NCBI RefSeq assembly: GCF_009914755.1
Contig: NC_060926.1
Length of the DNA stretch: 64,000 bases
Reading direction: 5' to 3' (one strand)
DNA from: the human T2T-CHM13v2.0 reference genome, Homo sapiens
Shown: in pieces, positions 43,245 to 59,668 of the stretch
Position numbering within the stretch: position 1 is the first letter of the stretch
How the letters are laid out: every line of letters begins with the position of its first letter
The notes under the pieces: model-generated
What the model saw: the letters and a program-made list of their open reading frames with translations, nothing else
Databases searched by the model: none
Told to the model about the DNA's origin: nothing
Position numbers and translations under genes: made by a program

Positions 43245-45326
43245 CTACTGCAGGTAAAATCTCATGTGCTGGCTGTGGAAGGGGCAGGTGGAGCCTTTCG
43301 TTCCCCAGCAAGGGTGGGGACTGTGTAATGTAGGCTTTAGCTTTCTCTTGTCTAGTCTGTGGCACAGCTTTAACTTTTTTTCCCAAAATTGTAACTCATT
43401 TATTTTTAGTTAAACTCTGGTCATTGTACCAAACAATTTTATCAACAATACATATTTAAGATTCAGCCTCTATTCAACTAGCATTTTGCAAGGACTGTGG
43501 AGGAGAACAGGGCCAGAACAGAAAAGGGTTCGGACAATAAATGCAATTGGAGGAGGAAAAAATAATAACCACATAAACCATTTTTCGGTTTCTATAGTTA
43601 CTTTAAAACCCGATGATTCAAATTCAACCCAAATCTCTGAAGCTTTATGGTTGTATATAGTAAACCAATCTGTCCACCAGCTGGAAACTAAAGGCACATG
43701 TAGGAATGACTTTTCATGGGCCAGAGTCCTCTGCAGTGGGCCTGGGGCTGAGGCACCGCAGGGCTGAGGTTGGCGAGGGGGGGAATGGGAAGGGAGGGGA
43801 GAAGTGCAGGTCTTCAGAGCATATCCTACTAGTTTGTATTTTGCAGAAGCCCAAAGGACAGGCCGTATTATTGAATGTTGCAGAGGTTGGAGGGTCTCAC
43901 AGCTCCTTTCACCATCTAAGCTGTGTTCATTCCCCTTTGCTGTCACACACCCCTCCTCTTCAGGGAGAGCTGGCATGATATGGCAGTGGCCAGGGTATGC
44001 CAGCTGGGATGGACAGCCACCTGGAGAGGGTGTCAGAACAGTTAGGCTGGAGGCCAGCCCACGTGGGCTGGATAAGCTGCATGTAAATCAAGGTTGTTAT
44101 ATGGAAACAGCTGGTTCCACTTGAATTTAATTGAAAACAAGACATCAGGGGTAGGGAGATGAGTAGGGGTTGTGGGGTAGACAGAGGGGAAAAGAGCTGA
44201 TGAATTGGGCTCTTGGGCTGATGCCGTACGGACAACCTGTCAAGGGAAAGAACACAGCCAGTGAGTGAGGATCACTGTGGAGCTTGGAAACCAGGTGTGG
44301 GAAGGCTGGGCTGGGCCGTGGACTCTGCAGGCTTGGAGACGGACACCTGCTTCCTTTCCAAAACATGTGATCTCTAAATTACTTGGCTAGAGAAACCACA
44401 GGAAAGCCAGCGTAGGCAGTGGTATTTGCCTTCTGCCCTCTGGCCTCTCTTATTTGCTGCCTTTCCACTGAAGTGTGTTTATGCCTTGTCTTGGGGTTGA
44501 ATTTGGGGAACTTCCTCCTGCACCCCTCTTCCAGTGTGAACTGGCCTCCAAGGGAGGGCCACGGCACATTCTGTGCTGTTTGGCTCACATTTAGAGAACA
44601 CCAATAGGATCAGGGGCGGGGAAGGCCACCAGGAGACAAAGGCCTCTGAAGAGGACATCCCAACAGATCGTGGATCATTGTCATGAATTCCCCCCAACCT
44701 TTTCTTGGAAAATCTAGGCCTTCTTTGGCTCTAGGGCTGGGGCTAGAGAAAAACACAGGAAATAACCTACAGGCATGTACCATGGCATGTGTGGAGTCCC
44801 TTCTGCTGAGTGAAAGCAGAAGGAAATAAACATCAGAACCTCCCCAAAGGGGAAAATACATGTGCAGGACATCCTCATGGCTCAGGCGAACACTAGTGCC
44901 AGTGTTCACTAGGTGTGGAAAAGGGTGCGTGAGTGGGTGAAGGCAGACACTGGGACAGTGGGAGAGGAGGAGGCTTGAGACCTGAGAACTGGCTTCTTTC
45001 ATCCTGGCCCTGCCAGTTACTGAGTAACTGCTACTCAGGCCATGTCTGTACATGTATTTGTGGCCCCAGCCGGTTCAGACACACCCATCACCCTAGATCT
45101 CCAGAACTAGTAGCCCCACTGATAGGAACAACTCTTCAATGTTTAGGCAGTCTGAATAATCTCTCAATCAAACTCCTGTTTGATAAGAGAAAAATGTATC
45201 TTAAGGTCTAATGGAGGAAAACAAAGTGACATCAGCTTGAGGATAAACTTTGGAGGATGATGGAGTGCACACTGAGGCCTCAGCTTGGGGCTTTCTAACT
45301 GCCCACTCAGTAACCCAATACAGGAC

Positions 45327-45912
45327 TATAAAATGGTGCAGACGCTTTGGAAGACTCTCTGACAGTTCTTCAAACGATTAAACGTGGTTGCCATATAACC
45401 CAGCAGTTCCACTCCTAGGTATGATCCCAATAGGAATGAAAACACAGAGACCTGTGCATGCATATTCATAGCAGTGTTATTCATAATAGCCAAAAAGCAG
45501 AAGCAACCCAAATGCCGTCAACTGCTGAATGGATAAATAAAATGTGAAATATCCATGGTTGAGCCATAAAAAGGAATGAAGCACTGACATGGATGACCCT
45601 TGATGATATTAAGCTAAGTCACCAATGTCAGATTCAAAAGACCACATATTGTATGATTGCACTCATATGAAATGTCCAGAACAGGGAAATCCATGGAGAC
45701 AGAAAGTAGACTTGTGGTTGCACAGGGCTGGGGGTGGGGAATTGGAGAACAGGGGGTGGTCGCTAAAGAATAAGGAGTTACTTTTTGAGGTGATGAAAAT
45801 GTTCTAAAACTGATGGTTTAGTACATATCTCTGAATATACTAAAACAATTGAGTTGTACACTTTACATGGGTGAATTTATGGTGTGGGATTTATCTCAAA
45901 GCTGTTTTTAAA
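45327..45912 (+). mobile_element. L1MB (MB7/8-like) 3' end
   Basis: ccatataacccagcagttccactcctagg...gcagtgttattcataatagccaaaaag...ggtgatgaaaatgttctaaaactga. Confidence 0.85.
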
Positions 45913-46404
45913 GAAAGTCAACCAAATAATTGTTGTCCTACCCCCATACACATGCCTGTTGCTCCCCCATTTTCATAAAGCAAGCAGGCTCTCAGCTCAT
46001 CCCTACATCGGTGAGCTGAAGCCATCAGAAGAGAGAGTAGCTCCCTCTGAGGACTCAAGGAAGTCTGGAAATGTCCCCTGCCCTAAAATGTTTATGAAAT
46101 ATTTTCACAAAATCGAAATAAACTGCTTAGGCACTGGTCTTCAATGAACTGAAGGAGACTGAAGAATAAGGGCCACATAAAGGTATCAGGGAGGTAGTCT
46201 TTTACACAGCCAAGCCCCTCGTAGAATTCCTAAAGTTCTTGGGAAGAGGAGACTTGTCCAGAGAAAAAGGCGTGTGGAGTTGGAACTGCCAGAATTCCTA
46301 TAGCCTTTGAGGGAGATGGTGGCCAAAGATGATAGGAAATATAAATTGTTGTAAAAAAAACACATACGTAGATATAGTTAGCAGAGCCCTCTTAAAAGAT
46401 GGGA

Positions 46405-46640
46405 GAAAATAACAATAGTTTACCTTTCATGAGCACTTGCGTGCCAGCTACTCTTTCTTAAGTTTTGCATGTATTAGCTTATTTGTTCCTCACAATGACC
46501 CAACAAGTTATGTACTATTATTGGCCCCATTTTCTAGCTTAGAAAGCTCAGTTACAGAGTCACTGGGTCACATGCTCAAGGTCCTAGCTGGTAAGTGGTA
46601 GAGCTGGGTAAACTGACAGGGTGACCAGAGCTCCAAGTCA
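46405..46640 (-). mobile_element. MIR
   Basis: gcatgtattagcttatttgttcctcacaatgaccc...tattattggccccatttt...ctggtaagtggtagagctggg. Confidence 0.7.
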
Positions 46641-49499
46641 CTCCTTTCTGGCTGTGAGTGGCTGCTTCTGGTTGCTCCAGTGTTCTGATCTACCATGAGT
46701 TTTCCATGTGCCATTATACAACAAAGGCAAGGGAGGCTGGGTTGTGGCCCTTCTGCGAGACCTTTGAGGGGAGGAGTGTCATTTTGCTATTTCTTCCTGG
46801 TGTGATGCCTGCTGTCATACAGAAAGGACTCAATACATGTTTACTGCTTTAGAATGAATTAAGTTGGATGGATAATAAATGGAGGCAGTCAACTGATTTC
46901 TATATTGTTTTTGATATTTGGTTTAGTAGTGGAGATAGGATTATATTATCAATATATATCACATGTTCCCTCATATAGGGAAAATGAACTAAGGCTCAAA
47001 TGAGATTACAGGTGGGCAGGCACTCTGAGATCACAAAAACAAGCCCTTTCTGCATAGGGGAATTCTTCCTCTATGGGACTATTTTCTTAAGGGCATCACT
47101 TGGTGTGAATGTGGTTCCTAATGAGCTGATACTCCTCTAGGAGGTCAAGTTGAAAGATCAAGTTGAAAGATAGTATGAGAGTGTCTCTGTTGACATTGGT
47201 TTGAGGTTATCTCTGACACTGGGGGATTGCTGTAGCCTGAGCTTTGTAAAATTCCATTAAATGGTAGTTTTACAAATTGCCATTAGCTTTCCTATCATAT
47301 GCAGTGCTTAATGGAAAAGAGCTGGACTAGAGGCCCCAAAACTCTTTATACTGGCTGAGCTGCTAACCCACCAAGTGTTGTCTCCAAAGTCAAGCCCCCT
47401 TATACCCTCAGGGGGCAAAACATCTAGAGTTGGGGGACACAGGAGTCAGAAGCAACTGCTTCAGAGTTTCCATGGAGGGGGTCAACTGCCCTCCCTGGAA
47501 TTGTAACCTGTGCCTCATTTTGAATTCTTCCTTTAACTTTTGGATGACCCGCCACCTGCTCTCTTCCTACTATCTTCATTAAACCCTTCCCCCCAGGCTG
47601 TCTCCACCCCAAGCCCATGTGGGCCCAATCTCTGCCCAGCAGCAACTGCCTGGGGTGCCGTCAGCTCAAGCTGCACTTACCATGAGGCAAGAGCAGCTCT
47701 TTAATAGAGACGTGTGAGCTGATCCTCTGGCTCGTGTTGCTAAGCAGCTGGCTTTTGGTTGCCTGGAGATTATCATGGAGTTGAGACCACACAGTGCAAA
47801 CGGGTGTATCTTCCAGTGCTGGGATGTGCTTAAACGCCTAAGAACCATCACACCTTTCTCTTGCAGCTCTGATTTTATGTTAAATCCCTGTAACTTGAGG
47901 GTACATCCTTCACATATTAGTCATTGGAAATAATAAATGCACAAAAGATCATGTTTCGATATCCCTGGCTTTACAGGGCTTGACGATTATTTCCTCAAGA
48001 TATAAGAGGAGAGAAAATACCACACACCTTCTGTAGAGCCAAATAAAGGAAAGAAACAGATACTGAACCCTTGTGCTTATAACAGAGGACAGGAAGACAG
48101 CACTTCTGAATTTTCCTTGGCGTGACTGTGTATCTGCATGGGGAGAAATAGAGGAGTAGGCCTTGCTGAGTGGAGAGCATTTCAGAAAGTTCTGATAGGA
48201 AGGACTATGGCACTAAAAGTCTTCTAGAAAATACAGAAATTGTAAGTCCCTGGGTCCCTGGTATTGTGACACATATACCTCTTCTTGAGTTTTGACAGCT
48301 TTCAGATAGGAGATGGGAGTGTGGAGTATGTAACCAGGCATTCTGCTAACAAGCGTTTGTGTGCCCAGAGCAGTGGCCATGTGGAGAAGCCATCAGCCAA
48401 CTGCCTGAGGCTCACAGGGTAGGGTCTGAATTTCTTCCTACAAGGAAGAAATGCCAAGTGCGGTCAATAGTATGTATGACTTTGGCCTGAAATTGCCATT
48501 TGGAGACCAGCTTTGGAGGTAGAGCAGAGTCCAGGGACATCTCTAGTTTCTGTCAACCAGCCAGGTGTGTTTATCACCTCAGCTGTGCCCTCAGCCCTGT
48601 CTTAGGTGCTGCGGTGGATATAGAAGTCTAAGACACAAAGACACCCGTGAAGCAATGTGTGCAGGTTTGTGATTAAGTGCTGACTTGTGCAGCACAGACT
48701 TTGTGGTATAGGAGGGCAGAGCAGGGAACCATCCCTCAAGTTCAGGGGGTTGGGAAGGCTCCCTGGGGAGGGGGCTGGGATCACCTTGGAGGGTGGCTTT
48801 CTAGGAGCAGAGGGAAGGAGGGAGGAAACTCGAGCCAGGGAGAGCATGGAAAGCAAAGGTGAGGTGGTTGGAGTGATCTTGCCTTGTAATAGGAATGTGG
48901 AGAAACCACACTGGCCAGAGTGGAATGTTCTTGGGCGCAGCAGGAAGAAAGGTTGTTATTGGAAGTTTTGAGGAGAGAGGTGTACATTAATCGACATTTA
49001 ACATGAGTTTGTTGTGTCCCTGGGCTCCTTGGAGATATTGAGAGGTGGAGAGGAGAAAAGAGCACTCCCTCCACAGGCCTTGATTTGCAGTCAACAAATG
49101 GACCCAACCCCTTTTCCCATCTTCTCCTGTGCCTTAAACCGTCAGGGACTTTCATGGGAACCTTTCCTTATGGGTGGGGAATGAGCAATGGAATTGGCTG
49201 TTCGTTCCTGTCCTGGCCATTTAGTTGCTGAGTAATTTGTTTTTTGATCTTTATAAGAATGGGAAAGAGACGTATTTTTGTTTGGGGAGAGGTATAACAA
49301 ATATGTCCACTGCCAGGGAAATAAATCCTTGCGCCAATTTTGAGGCTTTCTTTACTGGGTAGACCAGTTGTTTTTGAATAGGAAAATGAAGGATGGAGGC
49401 AGAGGAGATGTTAAGGAAACAATGATTGTTGGGATGGGTGGAAAGGAAGCATTCTTCACTGTATGTTTGTGTTCTATGGAGGCAGGATAACAGAGAGGC

Positions 49500-49700
49500 T
49501 GGGAGTGCGGGCTCCCATGCCAGACTGAATCCAGACTCTGCCACTTCCTAGCAGTGGACCTTTAGGCTGGTTGTTTAACTCACCAGGAAAAATGACAGGA
49601 CTCACTTCCCTACCCCATCAGGTTTTGTGATGGTTGAAAGGGGGTTACCACACATAAACATATGAAAAAGCACTTGGCAAATAATCTTCTTTCAGTAAGT
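49500..49700 (+). mobile_element. MIR
   Basis: gccagactgaatccagactctgccacttcctagcagtggacctttagg. Confidence 0.6.
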
Positions 49701-50302
49701 GTTAGAGATGCTGCTGTTACATTACTGGCCTACACAGTGCTGAGAAAAAATATGTCTTTTCGTCTATACTTAGTGGCAGCAAAGAGTTGCATGGAAATTA
49801 ATTCATGGGAGAAGTGAGGCTGAATGCAGGACTTGGATTGAGGGCAGAAACAATGGAAGGCATAGGTCAGTTACCAAAGCCAGGCCTGGGCTTGCAGGAA
49901 ACAGCAGAGCTCTGAGTTCCTTGGTGCTCATCAGTGAGCAGGGACATGGACAGCTCTGAGTGCAGGGGACCAGCCTGCAGACATCAAGGGCTGCACAGCC
50001 AGAGTTCTTAATAGGTTCAGTGAGGGGAAACTGAGGTACCCTGGGCTGGGCAGGGTGTTTTAAAGGTATCCACTGTGGACATGGGTAGGCTTGCTAAGGT
50101 CTTAAAGTAGAAACAGAACTATCTGAAGCTTGATACTGGGCAGCCAGGACATGAGAACTGTTCTTGAGGATGTCCAGTTTCTCATTTCCAAGACTCGTAC
50201 TAAGGGAGAGGGTGTTCCCCTTTCCTTTCCTAAAGGCCCTGTGGACAAGCATATTATCCTGATAACTCATTTCCCCTTTTCTCTCTAAGCATGCTGTATT
50301 TT

Positions 50303-50601
<299 letters not shown>

Positions 50602-51816
50602 AAGCATGCTGCATTTTAATCATCAATTAGCATCAGTAAACATTTACTGTGTACCTAGGATACATCCATCCGAGTAGTGAACCCAAGGGAGAATTCTAGA
50701 GCATAAGCTCGGGGAGCTCACAAGCTGGCCAAGGATCACCTAGACTGAGCTGACTTCTATTAGGACTCTTCTAAGACCTGTGATGTTGATGACAGAAGGC
50801 TGCTTTCAATCATCGTGGGCTGGGCAAACTCTGGCAGGCTTCCAGCAACAGTGGGACTTGAGCTAGGACTCAAAGGTTTTGCATAAGCAGATAAAATATT
50901 GGGGTAGTCATTCCTGGCCCAGGCCAGGGATAACCTGAGGGTGCGATTCGGTGGGGGAGGCAAGGCTAACTTCAGTGGGTAGAATCAGGTTGGGAGAATT
51001 CAGTGGGGCTGAATATTCGAAGCCTCAGTGCCACCCACTTTGGCTTGGGAATTTCTAGAATATTGTGCCAGTTTTTTTCTACATCCCAGGAAATGGGGGA
51101 CTTGCATCTCACAGACTTGTGAAGTATAAATAACTCAAATGTTGAGAAATGACAAAGTTGGCAAGCATGAATTTTCGGCCTGCTGCTCAGCGGCTGACTG
51201 CTGAGGCCTGCAATGATATGCAAGGGAACTTGGCTGGCTAATTTTGAATTTTCCTTTCTCCAGGGCCATGGCAAGAGGAATATGGGCAGAGGGGGGAATC
51301 AGTGCTTTGTTTCAGGGCAACTGCCATACATAACCACTGTCTTCAAATAAAAGCCTTTCACAAGTAGGTTTCCATTACACAGCAAGTCGAGGAGGAGCTG
51401 GTGAAATCAGTGAGTTAGGTGAGTCCCCCCCATCCTCAGGATCTTTTGTTATGGTGGTGGTGGTAATGGCGGTGATAGTGGTGATAAAGAGGAGGGGATG
51501 TTGCCCTTAACGTAGTACTGGCATATTACATAGCTCTTCCATACAGGTCATCTTATTTGATCCTAAAGCAAAACTGTGAGGTAGGCAGAGTATTCTCTCC
51601 AGTTGAAAGTCGGAGGCTGAGAAGGATTTGTAAGCCAGTGCTTTCTTTTTTTGTTTTGGTCATTACTAAATTACTGTGTTTCTTATTAACGAACATTTTG
51701 TGACATGGACAGCCGTGGCTAGAAGCATTCAGACAGAGGGGCTCCTGTGGGCCAGAGGCACCAAAAACGATTTCTGGAAATAGAATTTGAGCTTAGAGGT
51801 TTGGGCTGAAAAGTAG

Positions 51817-52213
51817 GACACAGGATAGTAGAAGTATAGAATGTGTGGTGTGTGCATGTGTGAGTGTGCACAAGACACAGGATGGTGAGAAGTATAGAAT
51901 GTGTATATGAACATGTGTGAGTGTGGATAGGACACAGAATGGTGAGAAGTATAGAACCTGTATATGTGCATGTGTGAGCGTGCATGGGACACAGGATGGT
52001 GAGCACTATAGAATGTGTATACATGAACGTGTGAGTGTGCATGGGACACAGGATGGTGAGAATTATAGAATGTGCATATGTGCACATGTGAGCGTGCATG
52101 GGACAAGGATGGTGAGAAGTATAGAATGTGTATATGTGCATGCATGAGTGTGCACGGGACACAGGATGGTAAGAAGTATAGAATGTGTATAGTCCATGTG
52201 TGAGTGTGCATGG
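51817..52213. repeat. Minisatellite, ~7 x 57 bp
   Basis: Unit gacacaggatggtgagaagtatagaatgtgtatatgtgcatgtgtgagtgtgcatgg repeated with variants. Confidence 0.95.
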
Positions 52214-52324
52214 GGGGGGTGTTGTCAGAGAAGAGGGAGGTGAAATTGTAAAGATATAATTTGTGAATTAACAAATGTAGTTGGATTTTTGTGGTATTGG
52301 AACCTAGAGAAGGGAAGGAGACGA

Positions 52325-52540
52325 GTATTCATTGACATGCCTCAATGTGCCAGGCTCTGTGCTAAGCACTTTTATGTATATCATCTAATTTAATCATTGC
52401 AATCTTCCTATGAAGCAGGTATTATCTCCATTTTTGCAGCTGATAACTGATGTATAAACAGAAGAGGTACCTCCCTCCAGGTCTCATAGTAAAGCCACAG
52501 GCATCCAGGTCTGCCTGAGTCCAAGGGCCATAACTGCCTA
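52325..52540 (-). mobile_element. MIR
   Basis: atgtgccaggctctgtgctaagcacttttatgtatatcatctaatttaatc...ctccatttttgcagctgataactga. Confidence 0.7.
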
Positions 52541-53255
52541 CCGTGCCCCAGGACCAAACCTCTGGGCCAGTCTGTACTGCTGATCCAGAGATTATGCAGC
52601 CTGGCATATTATTTGATTCTGCAGCCCAGGCTAAGGAGCATTAGAGAAAGGGAGGATTTCATCTCCAGAACTGTAAATCAGCAGGAAGTAAAATCTCTCG
52701 CATAGAGGCTGATACTCTCTCCTGCAGTGGATTTGAATATTTGTTTTCCCATTAAATAGATAAACACATAATTGCTAGCAGCTGATGTGTGCTGAGAAAA
52801 AAAAATACATCTTTATTTTTCCTTAGCTCTAGAAGAACTTTTCCACAGTGATTTCAAATAGTCTTTGAGATACCCAAGGCTTCGTGTAGATGTATGCCTT
52901 CCTAAGTGACTGTAGCCTTCACTCACGGAGGCAGGAGAGGGTGGGGGGGCCTGGGTGGTACTGGAGGACCCCAATGTACATAGACTTATCTTTGATGAGC
53001 CCAGGGCCGAGGAAGAGTATCTGGCTATTGTTTGTTCTTTTGGGCTCTAAGATAGTACCCCTAGCACTAAACTCCTTGACTTCAAGGATTCCCTTTCACC
53101 TCCCTCCAAGCTTTCCTAGGCTGTAGTTCTGTAAGAAACTGCTTCTAGTTGTTCTGTGTTGTGATCTATGGGAAGAGGTGGCTGAGTCCCAGTGACCTCT
53201 ACAAATTTTGCTTGTGGTGTGTGACCATGGGTATAGTTCAGACTCAAAGCTATAA

Positions 53256-53575
<320 letters not shown>

Positions 53576-54214
53576 CATAACTTTACACTTCTCTGGACGT
53601 ACTGTTTCATTTTAGTCCTTCCACAACAATGTGTATAGAAGTAATGGTAGATATTTTTAACAGAAGGATGCCGAAGCGTCTTTGCTAGAATGGCAAGAAT
53701 CGAGACAGAGATGAGGCTGGGACAAGCCTTCCTCAGTCCTTCTTCATGCTTTTTCCTGCCCCCCACTAATAGTGTGGATGGACTTTTTTTTTCCTAGAAA
53801 GGTCCGCAGCTCATGCATATAATGCATGCACATAATCCATGCACAACCAGAATTAGACTATTCTGCAGCTGATGGAGCACCTGGAGCCTTTTGTACCCCG
53901 AGGCTGGGAGTCTGGGGGCCCCTCTGTCAGCGCTGAGGTCCACCTGTCTGAGTTGTGCTTATTGTAGGCGGGAGCAGCCTTTTCCTATTAGCTGTGCCAC
54001 AGTTCAATTTGGAATTGTGCGTTCTTTCTTCTTTCCCCTTTTAGAAGGGATGGATTTAGCCTTGGCATGCCAAATACAAACCCTCACTTCATCTCGAGAG
54101 CTCTCTTCCCATCCACCCCTCCTCTGGCAGGCTATTTACAGACTTGTCATGATCTGCTCGTCATCCTACCACGCGGGTCAATCTACCAGTGAAATGAAAG
54201 GAAAGAAAGGCCCC

Positions 54215-54385
54215 AAGCCAATGGATTTGGGCAGATGAGCCTTATATAACACGTGCTAAAAATATGCAGCTAATTGGAATGGAAAAGGGAAAAATGAGTT
54301 GTGCTTTAGTCTTAATCTGAGACACCAAAGAGCGATAGCGGAGCCGTTCCTCCCGGCGGAAGATGCCCATATATAAATAATTTTA
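54215..54385 (+). promoter_or_regulatory. Candidate enhancer/promoter motif cluster
   Basis: CCAAT 54218, CArG-like ccttatataa 54240, CACGTG 54250, MEF2-like ctaaaaatat 54256, ETS-like ggcggaag 54355, ccatatataa/TATAAA 54367-54377; CpGs retained. Confidence 0.4.
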
Positions 54386-54869
54386 CTCTTGTGCGTACTC
54401 TCCATTTTGTGGCTTTTTAACCGTGTTTAATTCCCATTTATCCCCCCACGGGACTGAGTTCAGGCAGCAGAAACCGAGACTAAGGGAGCATGAAAGAAAA
54501 GATGCAGGAAACTGTTGCCCCTTCAGGGTAGAAGGAGGCAGTGTCTAGGTGGGTGGCTGGGTGTTAAGATGCTAATTAAGCTCCCACTCTTGATTTCTTC
54601 CAAAGCTAAAAACTTAGAGAACTCATATTATCAAAGGTTCTTATTGCCCTGGAAATTGGTTACCATTGGGAATTTTTGTAAGCATTGCAGGGATACTGTC
54701 TTCTTCCTGTTCCATCCCCATCTTCCCCCCACCCCCAGGACCTCATATAATTATCTCTAATCCTTCTCTTGCATCTTTCATGTGTTTCTCGTGTCTTCTT
54801 CCTGTACCTATGATATGCTCAATCCTCCCTTTTAGTGCCATATTGTGGGTGATTCATGTTTAGTGCCTG

Positions 54870-55020
54870 CATTTCCTGTAGAACATGAGCACCTCGAGGG
54901 CAGGGCCTTGCCCTAACCCACTGTCAAATTTCTCTAATGCCCAGCATAGTGCCTGGGCCAAGATGGCACCAAATATATGCTTATTGAGTAAATGAATCAT
55001 TCAATGAATCAATGAATGGA
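54870..55020 (+). mobile_element. L2 3' end
   Basis: gagcacctcgagggcaggg...aatgcccagcatagtgcctgg...ttattgagtaaatgaat. Confidence 0.65.
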
Positions 55021-55776
55021 CAAACCAAAGGTCGTATATCATGGTTTTTGAAAAATATAGTGTGAGAAATGAACCCTGCTCTTATTATTCAAGTCTGATG
55101 TTGGTTTCCTTTGGCAGTCAGATGACGCCTCCATCCAGCTCAGTCACCTGATTACTGTTCTGTGCGACACCCCACAAATGAGGACATGAGAATTCTAAAG
55201 ATAGCAGAAGAAGATGTCACAGACTGAATTAGAAATAGAGGAAGGCTAACTTTGGTGTTTGGAAAGCGCATGGATTAGAGTATCACAGGTTGATAAGTGA
55301 TTAAGAGATGGCCTGGTACTACCTACCAGTTTAAAAATGAAGAAGGCCTAGGGAGTTCAGAAAACTTGACCAAAATTATATGATTAGCTAGTGGCAGATC
55401 CAAGAAAGTGCCTGGTGGCTCATGTTGGATGCTTAATAAATCTTACAAACATAAGGCATGTCTCCAGAATCTGGCCCTCTCCAGTCACCACTGTGCCTCC
55501 CACTGGTGGGGGAGGAAGCATTGCACATACACAGGCAACTCCAAGGAGGGCTGTGGGTGTCCACCTTCCAATTGGAATGCCTGTCCTTTGTCTGTGGAGG
55601 GCATGGCAGCTGCAGTTACTCATCATGAACTCTGCTGCCTCATGACTGGGAACAGAGCACCATCGCTTGCATGATTTATTGCACCTAGAATCCACTTAAT
55701 GCCTCTGTTGTTTGTTTGACATTGCAGCCATACATTTGAGTCAGACTAAAGGGATTCCAGGTGTCAGATCAGGAAG

Positions 55777-55885
55777 GCTTGATGTGCAGTCCCCCTAAGA
55801 GTTGGCTTTAGGAAGTTTCGAGGAGATAAGAAGCTTGATGTGCAGTCCCCCTAAGAGTTGGCTTTAGGAAGGTTCGAGGAGATAA
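55777..55885. repeat. Tandem duplication, 2 x 56 bp
   Basis: gcttgatgtgcagtccccctaagagttggctttaggaagKttcgaggagataa at 55777 and 55833, one mismatch. Confidence 0.95.
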
Positions 55886-56665
55886 AAGCAGTCAGATTCT
55901 TCCTTGCTCAGGGTCAGATTGTATGCCGGGTTTAGGAGAAGGCAACTTACCCTAATGGCGTGCTGCTGTTGGGCACATAATTGTGTCCCTGATCCTTCAT
56001 TTCCTCCTGTAATTTATTTCATCCTTATACCAACTCTGTAAGGTCACTACTGTCCCCATTTTCAGGTTGCAAAGCAGAGGCCAACAACATTACATGACTT
56101 GCCCAGGATCCATCATGCTTCAAAGTCTAAGCTCTTTGTTTAAGATTGCCTCTGGATTGATATTTTAGTATTTCTGTTAAGTCCTTGCACTCTGATAACA
56201 CATTTAATTTATTGTTATGTAATTCTAGTATTATGGTGTATTGCTATTAAGCAAATGGTTTTGTGATTTATGACATGCCTGGCTTTGTGCTCAATGCTGT
56301 GATTTATGCTAGAGAAACCATCCCAGAGTTCCTGCTTTCAGGGAGCTTATAGTTAAGGTGAACATTCCTCAGACATTTAAATAACAAAACAAGGCTCCAT
56401 GTGATTAGATGCCAGAATGAATGACATAGGTGGTAAATGCTCTAACAACACTTTCTGGTGTCATCAGTTCATTGACCTAAATTTTCCCCACTCCCTAAAC
56501 AACCTCCTGATGGTAAATTACTCTAGTTGGAGCCACATGCATTCTTTTGCTTCACCGTTCCATTGGGGCTTAACTTCCCACCACTGCTGGTGTTCCAAAT
56601 GTTCTATAATTGAATACTTTGTATGCAATGCTGCGTATGACTGATTCTGCCAACTTTTTCATTAA

Positions 56666-57022
<357 letters not shown>

Positions 57023-57029
57023 ACATACT

Positions 57030-58780
<1,751 letters not shown>

Positions 58781-59359
58781 ATGCCTGCCTTTTTAACTGG
58801 GAGTGGTTATTTTGACCCTAGGGGAACTAGGCTGCTTATAGCACAATCATAAGATTTGGGCAGCACTGTAGTAAAATCATGTTAACTTGGTAACAGGGTC
58901 GGGGGACTAGTGGAAGCAAACATAAGTGCAGGTACTCCTGGCTTCAGGCATCATGTTTTTCTAAAGAGTTGCATGTGAATTTTATCCAGTGAATTTGTCC
59001 ATATTATAAACACTGAGTCTGTGACTTTTCAGAGATTTCCACCAAAGTTCCAGAGGTAGTCTCCTAACTGACCTCTGCTGTCACCGACTTGCCAAATTAA
59101 CTCTGTCTCCCATTCTCTCTGACACACGCTCAGGGCACACTTGAAAGCTCACAGCCATAGTGGAGCAGCTTATGCCGTACTCCCACTGTACACTTCTGTC
59201 CCCACCAGTAGTTGTGTGTTTATCAAAAGCCACTTGTATTTGTTCTTATTGTAATAAATAATTGTAATGAAATCTTATTTAAACTGAGATGAGTGTGAAA
59301 AAAAGTTTCTATTAAGACTAAGTTGAATGTGACGGAAAAAGCCAAAGATAAATTTCCTA

Positions 59360-59668
<309 letters not shown>

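Noticed and set aside
42529-43257. 242-aa ORF and overlapping GC-rich ORFs
   Set aside because: They lie almost entirely within LTR12C. Stop-poor GC-rich LTR sequence routinely yields such ORFs.
51719-52274. His/Cys-rich repeat ORFs suggesting a zinc-binding protein
   Set aside because: They are a product of the 57-bp minisatellite, with no C2H2 spacing or linker.
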